NCBI GenBank assembly: GCA_051294905.1
Contig: CM119372.1
Location: forward strand, 13,270,001 to 13,334,000
DNA: 64,000 nt
Direction of reading: 5' to 3'
Source: Botryllus schlosseri
Lineage: Eukaryota
How positions within the stretch are numbered: the first letter of the stretch is position 1; each line of letters opens with the position of its first letter. Under the pieces are notes generated by a model. The model did not search any database. It saw nothing but the letters and a program-made list of their open reading frames with translations, and had not been told where the DNA came from. The position numbers and the translations under genes were made by a program. Shown here one piece after another: positions 1-14,322 of this stretch.

Positions 1-191
1 TATGACGTCACCAGCATGGAATTTCTAATATTCGGGGCGAAATTCAATATTCGCTTGAGTAGGTGTTGCGAGTACACAAAAACTGTGTTTGAGTTCTCTA
101 AAAAAGTAAAAGTACTTGTTGTTGACTGCCTGTGATAGCTTACTTTTCAACTTCTGGGAATCTGTATTCACTATTTTATTTTTCATATCAG

Positions 192-3100
192 CGGAAGAAA
201 GGTGGAGAGATGCTGAGAGCGACAGCAAGGATTTAGAAATGAAGGTACGGTGTGAAATTCTGCTCTAGCATTTTAACTAAACTGCCGACTCCGTTGATGT
301 ACAGTTGACTAACAAAGCCAACCCGAAGAAAGCGGAACTGGCCGAATTGCGGAAGCGACAAGAGAAATCGCGACTGTTGAAAAACGAAGCCTCGCAAACG
401 AGGGAGAATTGGACGAAAAAGAAATCGTGCGGTTCCTTTTGAGGCGTTCGTGTAGTGCACCGAGTTCTCTGAACGGCGTGTCTCGTTGCAGGTCGTTGAA
501 GGAGCCGAAAACGCTGGATTTCATTTTCGGGTTTAATATCACGAATCGACAGTATTACGGGATGTTCATTTACAATTGCAATCGGCTCATTCGCATGTAC
601 GAGCGTGTCGGGCCGCAGATCGACGGCGGCGTGTAAGTAAAGCGTAAAGCTCTTGGTCGTTTGGTCTTTGAGCGCGACTTTTTTGTATTCGAATTATAGG
701 ACGATTGTATTTGTGATCGCCCTCAGCAATATCATTTGGATCGACATGTCGTCTTCTGTTTGTCAGTTTCCCGTTAAAACTTGAATTATTTGCCGATCGA
801 GTATTCACAGGAGCATAAATTTCGTTGTGTGAATTTCCACACGAAATCAGTAAAACTTTTTTTGTTTGACAGTCAATATATCTATAAACTTGATGACGTC
901 AAACTTCTGTGCAAATAGTCACACATTTAACGACTTCTTGTATTTGTGACGTAATACGACCACTCGAATGCCTGTCCTCACACACACACACTCACATCAT
1001 TTACCTTGCGCCTCGTGTTAGCACAATGTACCATTGTCACAGCTCACAGGGATTCCTGTTTTTTTGTTTATTATGTATTCACGGCTTTCACAATCTGGAC
1101 ATTAGAAAGTTGAATAGGCGAGGAATATAACATCAATAGTCTGCGTTGGTTTTTTTATCTAAAATTTGGAAATTGAAAGACGATATGACCTGCAGGAAAT
1201 TGTATTGCGATTCAAGTGGCCGGCAGTACTTAGAAGGTCATTGTTGGTACTCGAGTGGAAGTAATGTCATAAATTTCTACTGAAGTACAATAAAAGTAGT
1301 GACATCCAAGTAATGACAAAAATGTAATTATTCTAGGCCCACTTTGCTTAAAAAATAGTAAACTGAAGCAGAAGTAGTTTTAAAGAATAAGTAGGCAAAC
1401 GTACTTTTGGGACTTCGTGATACGCAATTACGACGGTCACATGACGAAGGGGTATGGTAGATAGCTGCGTTGGTCACGCACAAGCATTCTCGCTCCTATT
1501 TAACTATGATGATTTGGTGTTGGCATGTCCCTTTTCGATTTAGCAATTGCTCCGGCGTGATCGGAGTCGTAAATGTGCCCTACTTGGTGTTGGAGCCGAC
1601 ACACAACAAGCAGAACTTCGCAGACAACAAAGAGTACATGCACATGATGAAAGCTATGGGTATGGCTGTCAGTGTTTAAAAACATTGAAGGACATTTCTA
1701 GAGTATCTTTGTCTCTAGGTGATCATCTGCAATGCTATTGGCGGGAATCGAAAATCACCGAAGGCAAGGGTGTACATAGTTTCTGGGAGTCCTTTGGGTA
1801 TTTGTCGCAGTCGTGGTCGGACGAGCCTTCCAACGAGTCGCGGTATCTGCGGTCGCGAGCGATGCACATCCCCAAAGTGATCCAGTGCGGTGGGTAGCTT
1901 GAATGCGCGTTAATGCAACTGTATGTGATTAGCGCATTGGTTTTTACTCCAATCTGCAAGCCTTCAGGTTCAGTGAACCCAAAATTTTACGCTGAGTAGC
2001 AGAGCAAAATTACTAGGACACGTATCTTATATTTTGCTCTTTAAAGGCAGAAATCGGCATTGTTCCAAGCAATCTGAACATTGCATTCTGCTGTTGATTT
2101 CTGACGTTGAGGGCAATCCCCAGCGCCCAGACCAGATTATAATTTATTAGTTACTTCTACTTCTAAGTAGCAACGATCACTGCTTTAACTATCTCCGTGC
2201 AGCCACGTGTTTATCCGTATGTCAGTTTTTATAGTCTGTCTTCAAAAATTGTGTCTCGATTCTCATTTCAATTTCTTTCTGTTAGATGGGTGTCGGAAAT
2301 GGCGGGTGTTGCCATTTCAGTCCAGCACCATAGGCCGGGAGCCGCCGGACAATTGGATTTGCTCGATGAACCCCGATCACAAGCACAACAAGTGCCAGTG
2401 CGCGGAGGAGAAGCCTTCCGTGCCGCTCGGGGAATTTAAAAAGGAGACGAAATCGGTCGAACAGAAACGTGCCGAGAAAGCGGAGAAGCTGCAGAAAATG
2501 CAGCGGGATCTGGATAAACTTTCGGTGGGCATTGAGTTTGTGGCTGTGAATTCAGAATCTGTTGGTTTCTGGTCTGCAAGCAGTGTCGGGAGGTGGTCAG
2601 TAGCTTTTGTTTTTCAGAGAACTCGAGCAGATTTTGCCTTCTTGTACCTCTACGTAACAGTTTTTTCCAGTTCTTTTAGGCAAAACTCGAATCCCTATTT
2701 TTCCAATTAACTCTGACAACTGGGTGGAAGTAGCTTTAGTAGGGTTAGGATGCGCGTGCGCTGTTGGGTTACCCGGCGCTTGAGCATGTGCCACGGTGAA
2801 TAGCAACAAACATATAGTTGGTGAAAGCAGTCGGCATTGTTACTAGCGTAGAACTAATGTAGTATATCTCTTCTCTCCAGCAGACAAGCAAATTAATGTT
2901 CTCTTTCTCTTAATTAAATGGTATTTCCGTCCATATTTGTTAGCAAAAGAATTCTTGAGTTAGTTTCGTGATAGTCTCATTAATTGGAGCCCGAAATAGG
3001 ACGGTGTGTTTGTGTATGCCTGCGACTTGAAAGTCATCCCTGCCAGACATGGGGTGATTACTTCATGAATGTAATCGATTGCGATTACGATTACTTCTGT

Positions 3101-6100
3101 AACTCACGATTACGATTACAGCAAAATCAGGAAGTAGTCGAGTACGATTACGATTACATTGGAAAAGTAATCACGATTACTCACGATTACATTTATTTTG
3201 CTTCTTAGAATTATCTTTGAACACATATTGGAAGACAGTATAACGATTGCGAAGAAAAAGCCACATGAGAGAACAACTTTCTTTTCAAATGAGACGTCAT
3301 GACGTCATTTTCTGTCTACGTCAAAATATACCTATTGCTCAACTTCATAGCTGACGATTTCTTGCACCGAACGATTTGCATTCTAGACAGGGCCGTAACC
3401 GAACCTCTCAAGAGGGGGGCACCAAATTATTTCGTAAATCCACATAAATTATAGAGTATTTTCAAGAGATTTATTTAACTTGAAAATTTTCTTCGCGCTT
3501 CGCGATTTAATGTCGCTAAATATCTTAATTTTGAAATGCCCACGTCTCCACCCCAAGGAAAAATGTGCATAATTTATAAAATAGGCATTTCGGTGCCGGC
3601 CATTACTTTTAGTATGTATCCATCGTCCATAACCGAGCTGGATGGCCGCAACGAATAATCCTGTCCTCCCAATCCGAGCCCCACAATACAAATGCCACCC
3701 AGGGCACCCACAGAGGAATATGCACACGTGAAGAAATGACAAGTTGTGTGTGCGTCTCAAGGAATATTTGCTTCGGTTTTGTTATAGTCTGCTACGTTTG
3801 GGTGACTCCAATATCTCTTGACTATAGCAGACGATAGGTCACCAGAAGATATTATAATCATGAATTGCGTGCCCTAAATTTTCAAAGACACCACATCTTC
3901 CAGCTCGTCCTGTATCTCTGACGACGGGCTGATAGAGGATCAAAAATGAATAGTAGGCTAATATATGGAATTACCAATAATATGGATAAACTAAATTCAG
4001 TCACGAACTTGAAATATTTTTCGCACTTGGCTCGACTTGAAAGCAAATACACAGCGAATCCACATCGCATCAAAAGGTGTCGTCCAGATGTGACTAAAAT
4101 CTCGTTCGTAAAACGGGAGTCAGGGGGACTTCGCCCGTCAGAAGTTTGATTGATCATCCTGTGGGGGCCCAAGATCAACGTTTCGGGTACGAATTGCTGT
4201 TTTTGTCCAGGTTCTAGCTGCAACCCATACTAGCATGGTATATATAAGCGGATATAGTTATGGTTGCAGATCCAAATGTTGAGTAAAGAATTGCGAAAGA
4301 ACGATTGGTGCCCGTTTCAAGTAGGGTCATATGAGAATAAGATGAAGTGAAAATAAAATTCGGCCTTCAATACCGATATTGTGAACTGCCGTTCCGAGTA
4401 ACGGCAAATAACGACTCGGATACGATCAATATCAGCAGCGGTTGATGTTTAATTCTCCGATATCGAAATTGTTATGTTCAATTTGTCGAGTACAAAATTT
4501 CAGTTCTTTGTCCGGTGTACGTATATAGGGTGCTCGTCAAGCAGCAACAGTGAAATTGCATTTAACCAAGCGTACCCGAACATCAAAAATACGGTACTAT
4601 TTGAAACTAGGCAAAGTTGTGATTATTATTATCCTGCTGCGAGGTAGTGGCTTCTGAGTGTATTGACAACCTGACATAAGGCATGGCGGGTGTTCTTCCA
4701 TCACACAAATACATGTTCATGTACATGTACATCAAATATATGTTTACTACGTGTGGATAATTCGTTGCACAATTACGAGTAAAGTCCATACTTGTGATAT
4801 AATAATGGGCGGTAACATCTGAAAATCTGACGTTTCTCCCACCAATAACCTAGTATAATATCGCACTCTTCATTATTCAAGAATGTTCATTGTTCAGTTC
4901 ATTCATATTTAGTCATTGTAGAAATAAAAAGTAATCGTTCTTTCACAAAGAAATCGATTAGATATGTGAAATAGTCGATTACGATTACGATTACTTTGGA
5001 TTTTTTTCGAATGTAATCGATTACGATTACTTGAAAATGCTGTAATCGTCGTAATCGATTACGATTACTAATCACGATTACCCCATGTCTGATCCTTGCG
5101 CAAAGTGCGCATATTCATTAGGCTACTCTAACAAGGCTTTGCCAACTTTTATCGGGAAATGCAGCAATGCAGCTCAAACGTCGTTATAATGAGCAAACAA
5201 ATTGTTGCGATGTCAGATTCGCAAGTTAAGGAATTACTGATTAGATGCGGACTCCTCATTCGCTATCATCTGTAGGCTACTAATTCTTGTCTGCTTTATA
5301 CTCTCGTATACCCTCGATGTACCTTGTCAGTGTTTGATTTGTTATTATTACTGCGCATTGTGCAGTGCACGGCGTTGAATTACGTTGTCAAATATTGATG
5401 AAACACGAGATTCTCAGTGTTGGGATGACTCGAGTCATGACTTGACTCGAGTCACCTTTTTCGTATGACTTGACTTGACTCGAGTCACTCTGCTAAAATG
5501 ACTTGACTTGACTTGACTCGGCGCATCAGAAATGTGGATTGACTCGTGACTCGGAGCAAAATTCACGAGTCAATTTCGAGTCATCAAGTATAATCGGTTT
5601 CGATAAAAATCACTGTATCTTGCATTTGTTCGGATTGTTCGCGAAACGCTGATGTGACCCGTGAGAGCGACCAATCATTCAATGATCGTGCGTTTTACTG
5701 AGCCTCCATTGTTCTCTCACAAATATATTTACCGCAAGCGAAGTGATCGAAGCTTACAGCTTACGTTGTCGTAGACTAGTATAGTAAGAATTTTATAGCA
5801 AAATGTTTATTTCTGTTCTCCGTTCTTACCTTAACCAAACTTCTTGTTTTATTGAAATTGAATTCGAATATTATATCGTCCTCAACCATTGGCGCAGATT
5901 CGAATTGTATCATATCAATTTGTAAATGGGTACTGTATTGCATCTAATCGATTCGTTTCTCTCACTCTATTTTGGCCGTTGAGTATAAACTGAGGCTATG
6001 CAATTATATACATACGTAGTTTAGCAGTTCTACTCATATGTGAACGATACAGCGCTTTCTTGTGTTTATATTTAAATCTATATTCTTTCATCGGTTCAAA

Positions 6101-9100
6101 ATCAATGACCACTCAGTCTGTATTTCAGACAGCTAGCAAAATGCCATAACGTAGCATACCTCATACTTCGAAAAGGCAACTTGACTTGAAATGTGACTTG
6201 ACTCGTGACTTGACTTGACTTGACTCGACTTGACTCGAGTCACCTCCAAAAATCGAGTGACTTGACTTGACTCGAGTCACCTTCGAAAATCGATTGACTT
6301 GACTTGACTCGAGTCAAAATGTGCAATGACTCGAAATGACTCGTGACTCGAAGGTAATGACTTGATCCCAACACTGGAGATTCTCGGTAGCGCAAATTCT
6401 GAATTTATTCGATTAGTTTGAATGGGCACCTTCTATGTTCCAATAAACTTAATTGCTGGACGGACTCTATCGAGCGCAACCATATCGCGGATCGAATTAC
6501 AAACAATTGCGATTTGTATTTCTATTGATAAGGTCGCGTCATGCGCCCATATTGCTCTTGCTGCAATAACACCTGGATAATTGAAATCGCACCATTTCAC
6601 GATCAAATTGACTGGCTGATCTGGGCTTCTGTAGGCCCCGGGCTGATATTAACCGGCTGACGATTATCCCCGACGAGTGTCAGCCGAAAATATTCGGGTT
6701 CATTTCGATATGAATATACTATTCAACAGGTTTGATTTAACGTGCCTTTATGCAGGCCTGCACGCTATAATCGCTGGAATGAACTATCAGGTGCACCAGG
6801 CTAAGCCTGAACTATTGAGTCTACTGCAGGGCTGGCGCATGTGATAACATCGCTGGCCTAAACTGTAGCGTCTGCTACAGGCCTCGTATGATTTGCCTGC
6901 TATCTCTACTTATGCGATTGTTATGTGATACTGGCTTAAGACGGACAGCATGAAATTGAATAACTTGGAATCTGCGCAATTGGCAACGAACAGACTCGAA
7001 CGGACGTAATTGATTAGCGCTTATACTAAATTATCATAAGATGCGTGTTAAGGCCGAGTTATCAAAAGATACGACAGTCCTGAATCACCTGAAATATGTG
7101 CCACAACAGAACAGATTTCGCAGCAGACTTCAATCCTATTAATCCGTGAAACAGTTCGTCGTCATCGTATTCAATTGTTCACGCATGTGTTGGTTAATAG
7201 TGAATAGTTGATATTGAATCGAGATCGAGGAATCGCGTCAACACGATGAAGCTTATCCTATCCATGTATTATGGGCAGTCACTGATTTACGCACGTACTT
7301 AAGGGTAATAAATAATGAGTTAGTGAGTGCGCGCAGACTCTTCAAAAATTGAGGGGAACATTGCTCGCAAGCCAGTATAATGCTGACCAGTTTCACTTAT
7401 TCCGCACACACAGAATATCCAGACAGTGTCGAGCTCGCGAGACGCGCAGAAAAAGTTGTCGAACGTGTCGTTTTCCCCGCCGCGCAGAGTATCGGGTCGC
7501 AGCGGAAGGAAATCGACGTATTCTTCGGATTCTGATTCGGAAGAAGAGGAGCAGAGGCCGGCGCGTAGAAGTTCCAGCCAACGCCGACAGCCTAGTGACG
7601 ACGAAGATGAGGAAATGGAAGAGACGCAGGTAAGACAAACGGGTATACTCGCGTCACTACCAGTGTTGGGATCAGGCCGCTACCCTAGGGTCACGAGTTA
7701 ATGCCAGTTTTGACTTGAGTCGAGTAATTTCAAAATTCGCAAAGTCACGAAAATTTTCAAGTTGACTCGAGGCAATTTCGAGTCGTCAAATGTTTGCAAT
7801 TTGTGTCATAAACCGCATTATGGTGCAGAGGAGGGGTATTTGTTAAGAAATGACACACATACCGTTTTCAGCTGAGCGACCACTCGACCAGGCGCGACAG
7901 TACCAGCCTGAAGCGGAAAGCGTCAAACGCCAAACCGCCGACGCCCCGCAAGCTGGCCGCCGTACTAGCTTCGTCCAATCACGTGTCGAGTTCCAGGCAA
8001 GTCAGGGATCACTCGCCGAAGAGAAAGAAAAAGGTCAGGCAGTTTTTTTTTGTGTGGAGCTTTCGCCCCCGAGGTATTCACACTCTTTTTTTCTGTGCAG
8101 CACTTGGAAGAGGACTCTGATGCCGAAGAGGACGAATCAAGTGCGTGTTTTATCGAGTATCAATTATAATGATAGGAGTCGAGTAGTGAGTGCCGACACT
8201 AATATTTTATGACCTTTTCCATGAGGTATATTATCAACGAGAGTCGTACCTCCAACACTGCGGAAGTCTTCAAACCTTGATCGTTCTGTATCCGAAACAT
8301 CTCTGCTAAACCGTGATCAGCTCTCAGCGCTGTCACAAAGTGCAAAGAAATGAGCATTGTTAAAAATAATGCTAAATTATCTTCAATGTGATGTGAAACT
8401 GGCTTGTTATTATTAACTTATTATTTTATGGTCATATGCATGGTGCCTATTCATACTTTCCCGCGTCATCCATGCGGTTTCAACTTAATCATGAGCGATA
8501 ATCTAATCACTTTTGTACACGATTTTGCACAGTCCTATGCGCTGGGGGTTTCTCGTCAGACAGTCCTATGAATTGAATTTTCTCTCTCTCTGTCTTCTTC
8601 CAGTTAAGACGGACATCGGGCAGATTGTCGAGGTCGAGCTGAACGGCAAATGGAGACGTGGCAGCATTGTCTCGACCAAGGTGGTCAAGAATCAGCCGGC
8701 TCGGTGGAGGGTCAAATTCGAAGCGCACCCTCAGGTTTGCGGCTTCTGTTTTTGCGCGCCATCGTCGTTGCTGATTTGATGGCTACCACATACTTTTTCA
8801 GTTAGCAGCCCTTAATCTTAACCCTTACATACCGGAATATGTTAATACATACATGCTTGAGTTTACCATGCTTAATTTGCCAAGTACTGCATATCACTAA
8901 TCAAGTGAAACCTTCGGTTTTGAATTTCATAATGGTGTTGGCGTTTCAGGACCGTTTTGACAAATGGCTTGACGAAGGCTCCCCAGGTCTTCGATTTGTA
9001 AAGGACGATGGTCTCTCGAATGGGAATGTGAAAGCGAAAATCACTGCCAAACCGAATCCCGGTGAGTGTTATATTATTGTCTTGTAAATTTTGAAGAGAA

Positions 9101-10965
9101 TTTAGAATACTATCGCTCCGGTGTGATGTAACGCCTGCCGCACCTTTTGCGACATTTTAGTTTCAGTTTGAAACCTGCTACTTGAGAGAAGTCGCTCGAA
9201 TATTGGAGCTTTGTCAAGTACCCAGTGCTATATCGCCATTACAGATACAGATTCGATTTGCGATTATTCTTTTCCGTCGTCAACAAGTCATAAATAAGCA
9301 TAAATTTTATGTGATGGTTGCACGTTCTTCGCGAGTCGAGTTGTGATAGCGTACGAATGTTTTTGAAATGTGCACTCCTGCTGTAATCCAGTACTTCAAT
9401 TGCAACTATGGCAGTACTTACGTGCAGAATGAGAATTGAAAATTATGAGGTGGAAGTACCACCAAAATTCTTGTTTGCACAGACTTACATTAATTGTTTG
9501 TCCGAATAAACGTGGATTGGAACATTTCAATGAATTAACAGTACCCCACAAAACGAATATGTCATACAGATGGCCGCATACTCAGTTATACCGCAAATGC
9601 AGTCCTGCCCAATTCATGTCCGGGACATCTTGCAAAATTAGGAGTGTATTTACAATAATAATTATTTCACCACAATTCAAAGCGAAAACTGTGACGAAAA
9701 ACACCGTTGAGGAATCCGAGACTAATCTGGAGAAGGAACAGCATGAAAATGCTTTGGGTAAACTCAGGTTGGTGCTAGGGAAACACTTGTTGAACGCTGC
9801 TCGCTTGCAGTTGACCATTGTAAATATCTAGAACGTGCCTGCGTTATTTCTTGCCGCCCCAGTGGAAAATGCCGAAAGAAGAAATCAATAATCTGACGCT
9901 TCAAGAATTGGTCGACTTTCCGATGGTATGCTTGTGACGGTGATCGACCATGTCGAGTCTTGAACATGTGCTTTGTGGTTTCAGGATGACTTTTTCGATC
10001 ATTACGAAAAAGGTCTCAGAAAATTAGTGAGTAACTTCAGAACTCAGGCTGACCAGCAACGGACAATCGCGAGCAACTGCAAGAAAGAGCTGGAAGCCAC
10101 GAGGCAGCTGCTTCTGAGTACTCTGCGTAAAGTTGAACCCGTGAGTTTGATGTCGGTACAGGCCATACTTCGATGTCGTGTAGAGCCCGACTACCAATAT
10201 AACACAAAGTCATAAGTTTTGGCTGTTAATAAAATCTTACATAGATCAATTGCAGCTTTTACTTGATCGTAGCTATTTGAAAAAATATATCCCTCTGTTT
10301 CGCAATAAATATCGCAAGCTTCTAAATTTGTATCCGCTCAAAACATACAAATGTACAGTGCGATACGCAAGACATGACGCAACATATTGAGCGGATTTGG
10401 GTATGTGGAGACAAATAATTTTGGTCTCTTATCCCTCTCTTCCAGCTCGATCTACCCCCCCCCCCCCCCCCTTCCGATATTGATGTATCAGCTGACTTTC
10501 TTTGGATAATTCTTGCTCTGTTCATTTTTTGTTCGCTTGCTTGTATACATGCTTCATCTGGTATTTTTCTTGTCTGACTTGTAAAGACGTCATAAGGGGA
10601 ACCAATCTTGATAAACCCAGTACGCTCCCACGATTTTTTTGGGTGCTTCCATTTTCACGAAGTGAACTCTGATGGCCACTTGAATCAATACAATTAACAC
10701 ATGCTTGAAACAGATATTGTAAATTCCCTCGTGAAGAAAAACAGTACAGATATGATAGCTAGAGAAACTGAAAGATGCTCATCAATTCCACTCGTAAACT
10801 TTTTTTAGACTTGAGTATCGCGTACTTGGGATGAGTAGAAGTTGATGGATGGGTACTCTACTGGGATTGCTATATTTTGTTGATTTCCAAATTCAGGATA
10901 CACCGGACCTGGAGGGAGAGGCTCTCATGGAGCATGCGAGAAATTTTGTGGAGGAGGACACTTGA
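192..10965 (+). CDS. MORC2: MORC family CW-type zinc finger protein 2 (GHKL ATPase), 5'-partial, multi-exon
   Basis: GT-AG exons in consistent phase: 192-244, 305-426, 492-632, 1544-1659, 1719-1889, 2286-2524, 7414-7629, 7872-8033, 8101-8140, 8604-8734, 8950-9061, 9683-9767, 9832-9925, 9985-10140, 10897-10965 (TGA). Peptides match MORC2 as recalled: [55 protein letters not shown] finger [22 protein letters not shown]; chromo/Tudor-like [15 protein letters not shown]-terminal [16 protein letters not shown] at 11183-11188. Boundaries of the low-complexity middle exons are less certain, and a small extra exon near 9570 is possible. Confidence 0.95.
3044..5091. mobile_element. Non-autonomous hAT-like DNA transposon (GATTAC-repeat ends) in MORC2 intron
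   Basis: TIR CAGACATGGGG...CCCCATGTCTG, subterminal (CGATTA)n arrays, 8-bp TSD ATCCCTGC (3036-3043) / ATCCTTGC (5092-5099). An uninterrupted copy of the target repeat is near 27805. Confidence 0.85.
5415..6376. mobile_element. hAT-like MITE (GACTT/GACTCGAG-repeat family)
   Basis: TIR CAGTGTTGGGAT...ATCCCAACACTG; perfect 8-bp TSD GAGATTCT (5407-5414, 6377-6384); empty-site copy at about 28092. Confidence 0.92.
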
Positions 10966-12633
10966 TGAAACCAGCTGTTGCTGATAAGGAGTGGCAATGG
11001 TGACAAGACGCAGTTATTGCTGGATGCAGCGCTGCCGGCGACCTCTTATGATACTTAGTACATCGGCGTACTTGTTCCTGGATTGTTTGACGTAACATCT
11101 GACATGCAGACTAGCATCCACCGATCATGCCTGTTTTAGCGTGAACCACTTTTTCCTGGGAATGCCTCTTTTAAATGTTTGTAATAAAGATTCCGCTACT
11201 TTTTTGATAAATGCTTGAACTCCGTGCAGCAATTTCGACTGGTGTTATATTGCTTGGGTATATATTATGTCACCATTTCGCATTTGGATGGATTTTTCTC
11301 TACCTGGTCTTGCATTACGTTTACTGCCTGTAGGACTGATCTGTGGTTGAGTGGCTACTTATTGGGATTATTTTGTCCATTTCTATCTGATTTAGGCGGG
11401 TTCACAACCACTCCCAATCTACAGAATCCTTGGTTAACCAATACTGAATGCCTCTCACTTGTAATGCATACGCAACTAATCTGAAGTCTCAAGCACGTTG
11501 TTAGTAGGGCTTCGCAAATTAGGCACTATATCTTGGGGTTACCATATTTTGGAAATCTGAAATGAAGTTTTCAAAATTTCAATACCGGATGAAATCCTGA
11601 AAAGATGTAGCGCACAAGATAGTTTTTTCCTTCATTCACGTTATCAGGTGATCAACTAAAAATAACGGTCAACTTTCCAGGCCAACTCCCGTAACACTTG
11701 CTGGAGCGTTACTTCGGTGCTGATTTAGAGGACGTTTGGTAACCCTACTATACCCCGTTAGCGGTAGCCTATGATTTGACAAGTAGAATATACCCATTAC
11801 GAGTATTTTAACGATGACAGTTCAAATTTCAATACCTTCTGATACTGAGTGTTTGTTACCAGGGGATTTGAATTAGTCAGCGTTGCTACTCAAAGTGAAG
11901 TAATTCAGTTAAATTTTACAGGATTACAAGCAGAAGTACCAACGTTGAAGCTACTTTAAGTGGAAGCAGAAAGCAATTCGTCTGACAACAGTGCGTATAG
12001 ACTAAAAAAAGGTCATCACTTCGGATTTTTTTTGTGCGCAACTTAGATTCTGGGCGCGGAGACCTTGTCAGCACTGCGCATTTGCGCAGCTTAGAGGGAA
12101 CATTGCTGACAAGTACTCTGACAGATTTGCTCGAGGGTTGAAGTAGCCTAAAATCATGCCACCGGGGGAGAGATCAACTACATAAGCGCTTTAGAAAAGC
12201 AGTAAGTCCAACTGACTACCGCCGGTTGAAACAGCTTTCAAAACATGTCGCACTATACAGCTCATGTTAATAGCTGTAGAAATGCCAGCTCTTCATTGTA
12301 TTCGAACAAAAATCTACAGTCTTGAAGTTGTATGTAACTGGAAATATTCTTATCATCACTCAAGGGTACATACTGGAACTTCCAAATCTTCTTGGTGCTA
12401 TTATGTCATCACTGTGATACTAAATTACTTCCAACACGCTAGTTTCAAAAGAAAGCAGCAGAAAGTAATATTTATTCCATAACCTACTGGACTTCATCAT
12501 CAGCTAGCAATAAACTTCATATAGATCTATTTCCTTCTGCTGTACTGCTCGTAAATCAACTCATAACCAGGCTCTTGCACACACTGTGATAGTACTTTTA
12601 TTGGTGCATTGTTGCAAATAGATGTGATCGGGA

Positions 12634-13320
12634 TTACTTCTTTTGCTGCTGAGCTTTTAGCACTCGAACAACGATCTTTTGCTCCTCCACAAGGAATGCA
12701 CGCACAATACGATTTCTCAACGCCGACGAGCATAAGACACCACCGTACGTTCTATAAGAAAGGGAATGTATATAACAGGGAAGACGAAGTGTTTATGGCT
12801 GTCTTACCTTGAGACGGTCTTGATACGTTTACATCTTGACATAAGTTGTTTCGGTCTGCCTGGTTTGATTCCAAACAGCTTCTTTTTTGTCACCGCACAT
12901 TTTGGTATGGTTCCAACCTACAAACATCAAAATTTTAATGGCTATATACTGCACACAAGCTCTTGAGGGAATCATATTTGCTAATTATTTTCATAAGGTG
13001 TTGACTCGGGAAAACGCCTCCTCAATTAAGTATAGACTCGACAAATCCCTGCTGTAGGTGTAAATTATGCATGTGTATTGAATGCACTACAAACAATAAA
13101 AACCACCTGTCAAAACAATTAAGGTATATACCAGCTCAATAACAACACATATAATTAATTTGGTGGAACAGACATACTTCTTTACTTTAATAGAGCTGCC
13201 ACTACTCACCTTCTTAGTACGAAGATATACTAGACGACCACCTGGAGTCTTCGATATCCGCCTACGGTTTGATGTTGTGTTGTAAGCAGTGCGCCGGCGA
13301 TAACGCAGTCTTTGTACCAT
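12634..13320 (-). CDS. RPL34: 60S ribosomal protein L34 (eL34)
   Basis: Exons 13320-13210 ([37 protein letters not shown]), 12917-12808 ([37 protein letters not shown]) and 12751-12634 ([38 protein letters not shown]), with GT-AG introns. Confidence 0.97.
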
Positions 13321-13444
13321 GGCGTATCTGATAACCAACACCAATAATTACTTACAATATGGTATCATAAAATAACAGAATGGCTAGATGATCATAGTCC
13401 TTCAAGTTTGTTACTGTTAACAAAGCGACCTGCATAAACATTAC

Positions 13445-13514
13445 CTTTTCGGCTATTTCCTATATGAGAAAATCAACCGCAACGTCCACGCTGAACGTCG
13501 ATAGAGAGAGAGGC
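13445..13514 (-). promoter_or_regulatory. Probable non-coding first exon of RPL34 with 5' oligopyrimidine (TOP/TCT) tract
   Basis: Minus strand reads CCTCTCTCTCTAT... and ends GAAAAG|GTAATG; acceptor TATCAG| lies just before ACGCCATG. Ribosomal-protein genes typically start in such pyrimidine tracts. Confidence 0.6.
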
Positions 13515-13990
13515 CGGCTAGCATCCCGACTCTCTACCGCCAAATATCCTACTCGACACCATCGAGCCATAACTGTATTTTCACTATCAGTATTGGTTTT
13601 ATCAGCAATTTTTATCAGTTCAATACACCACAAAAATGCAATACAATGAAAATATAGGGACTTTTGAAGCGACTTGGAGTAGTCTACATCCTACAGTCGG
13701 TTACGAAAAACAATTCTCAATTCCAGCCTCAGCGAAGCGGAACGAAGCTGCAAAATCTGTCGTTGCCGTTCCATTATAGAAATTAAACATGGAACGGTAA
13801 CGACCGATGTCTGAAATATCGGCATTGTTCGAACAATTGGAGAGTCGCAACGGGTCATTGTTATCGCCACTGTGTTGCGGTTACCCGATTATTCTGAACA
13901 ATGCCGATATTTCAGTCTTGGAGGGCGGATTCTAAGTGGATCAGTGCCTGATCATATTTTAATTTATATTTTATGGAATCGGTGCAACAG

Positions 13991-14322
13991 TAGGCTTACC
14001 ATATTTTGGAAATAAAACAAGAGGACACTTTTTCAGAAATTTGAGACTCAAAATCCGGTGATTTTTCCCACTTTGTGATCGGTTGACTAAAAAAAAAGTC
14101 ATCTTTCCGCCCGGAACTAAAATAACCGTTTTTCACATCGAAATACCCGCCGGAGTGTCAGTTATGTGCTAATTTACGGTATATCACTCGCAATTTGCTC
14201 TAAATCTGACCTAAATTGTCAAAAAAGAGGACAAAATCTCAAAAGGGCGTCCTCCGAGGACACTTTCAAAAAAGTCAAAAAAGAGGACAAATCCTCTTAA
14301 AAGAAGACGTATGGTAACCCTA
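13991..14322. mobile_element. hAT-like MITE (TAGGGTTACCATA ends)
   Basis: TAGGCTTACCATA...TATGGTAACCCTA with perfect TSD TGCAACAG (13983-13990, 14323-14330). Related copies at about 51179-51576 (inverted) and a degenerate one at about 11534-11747. Confidence 0.88.

Noticed and set aside
3760..3920. Possible hAT dimerisation-domain relic on the minus strand
   Set aside because: Only faint fragments (SSAIVKR, SPKRSRL) in different frames; not enough to call.
192..10965. Functional link between the silencing factor MORC2 and the nearby transposon piles
   Set aside because: Proximity only; no sequence evidence of a shared system.
12918..13444. snoRNAs in RPL34 introns
   Set aside because: No convincing C/D or H/ACA box arrangement seen by eye; an Rfam or snoscan run would be needed.
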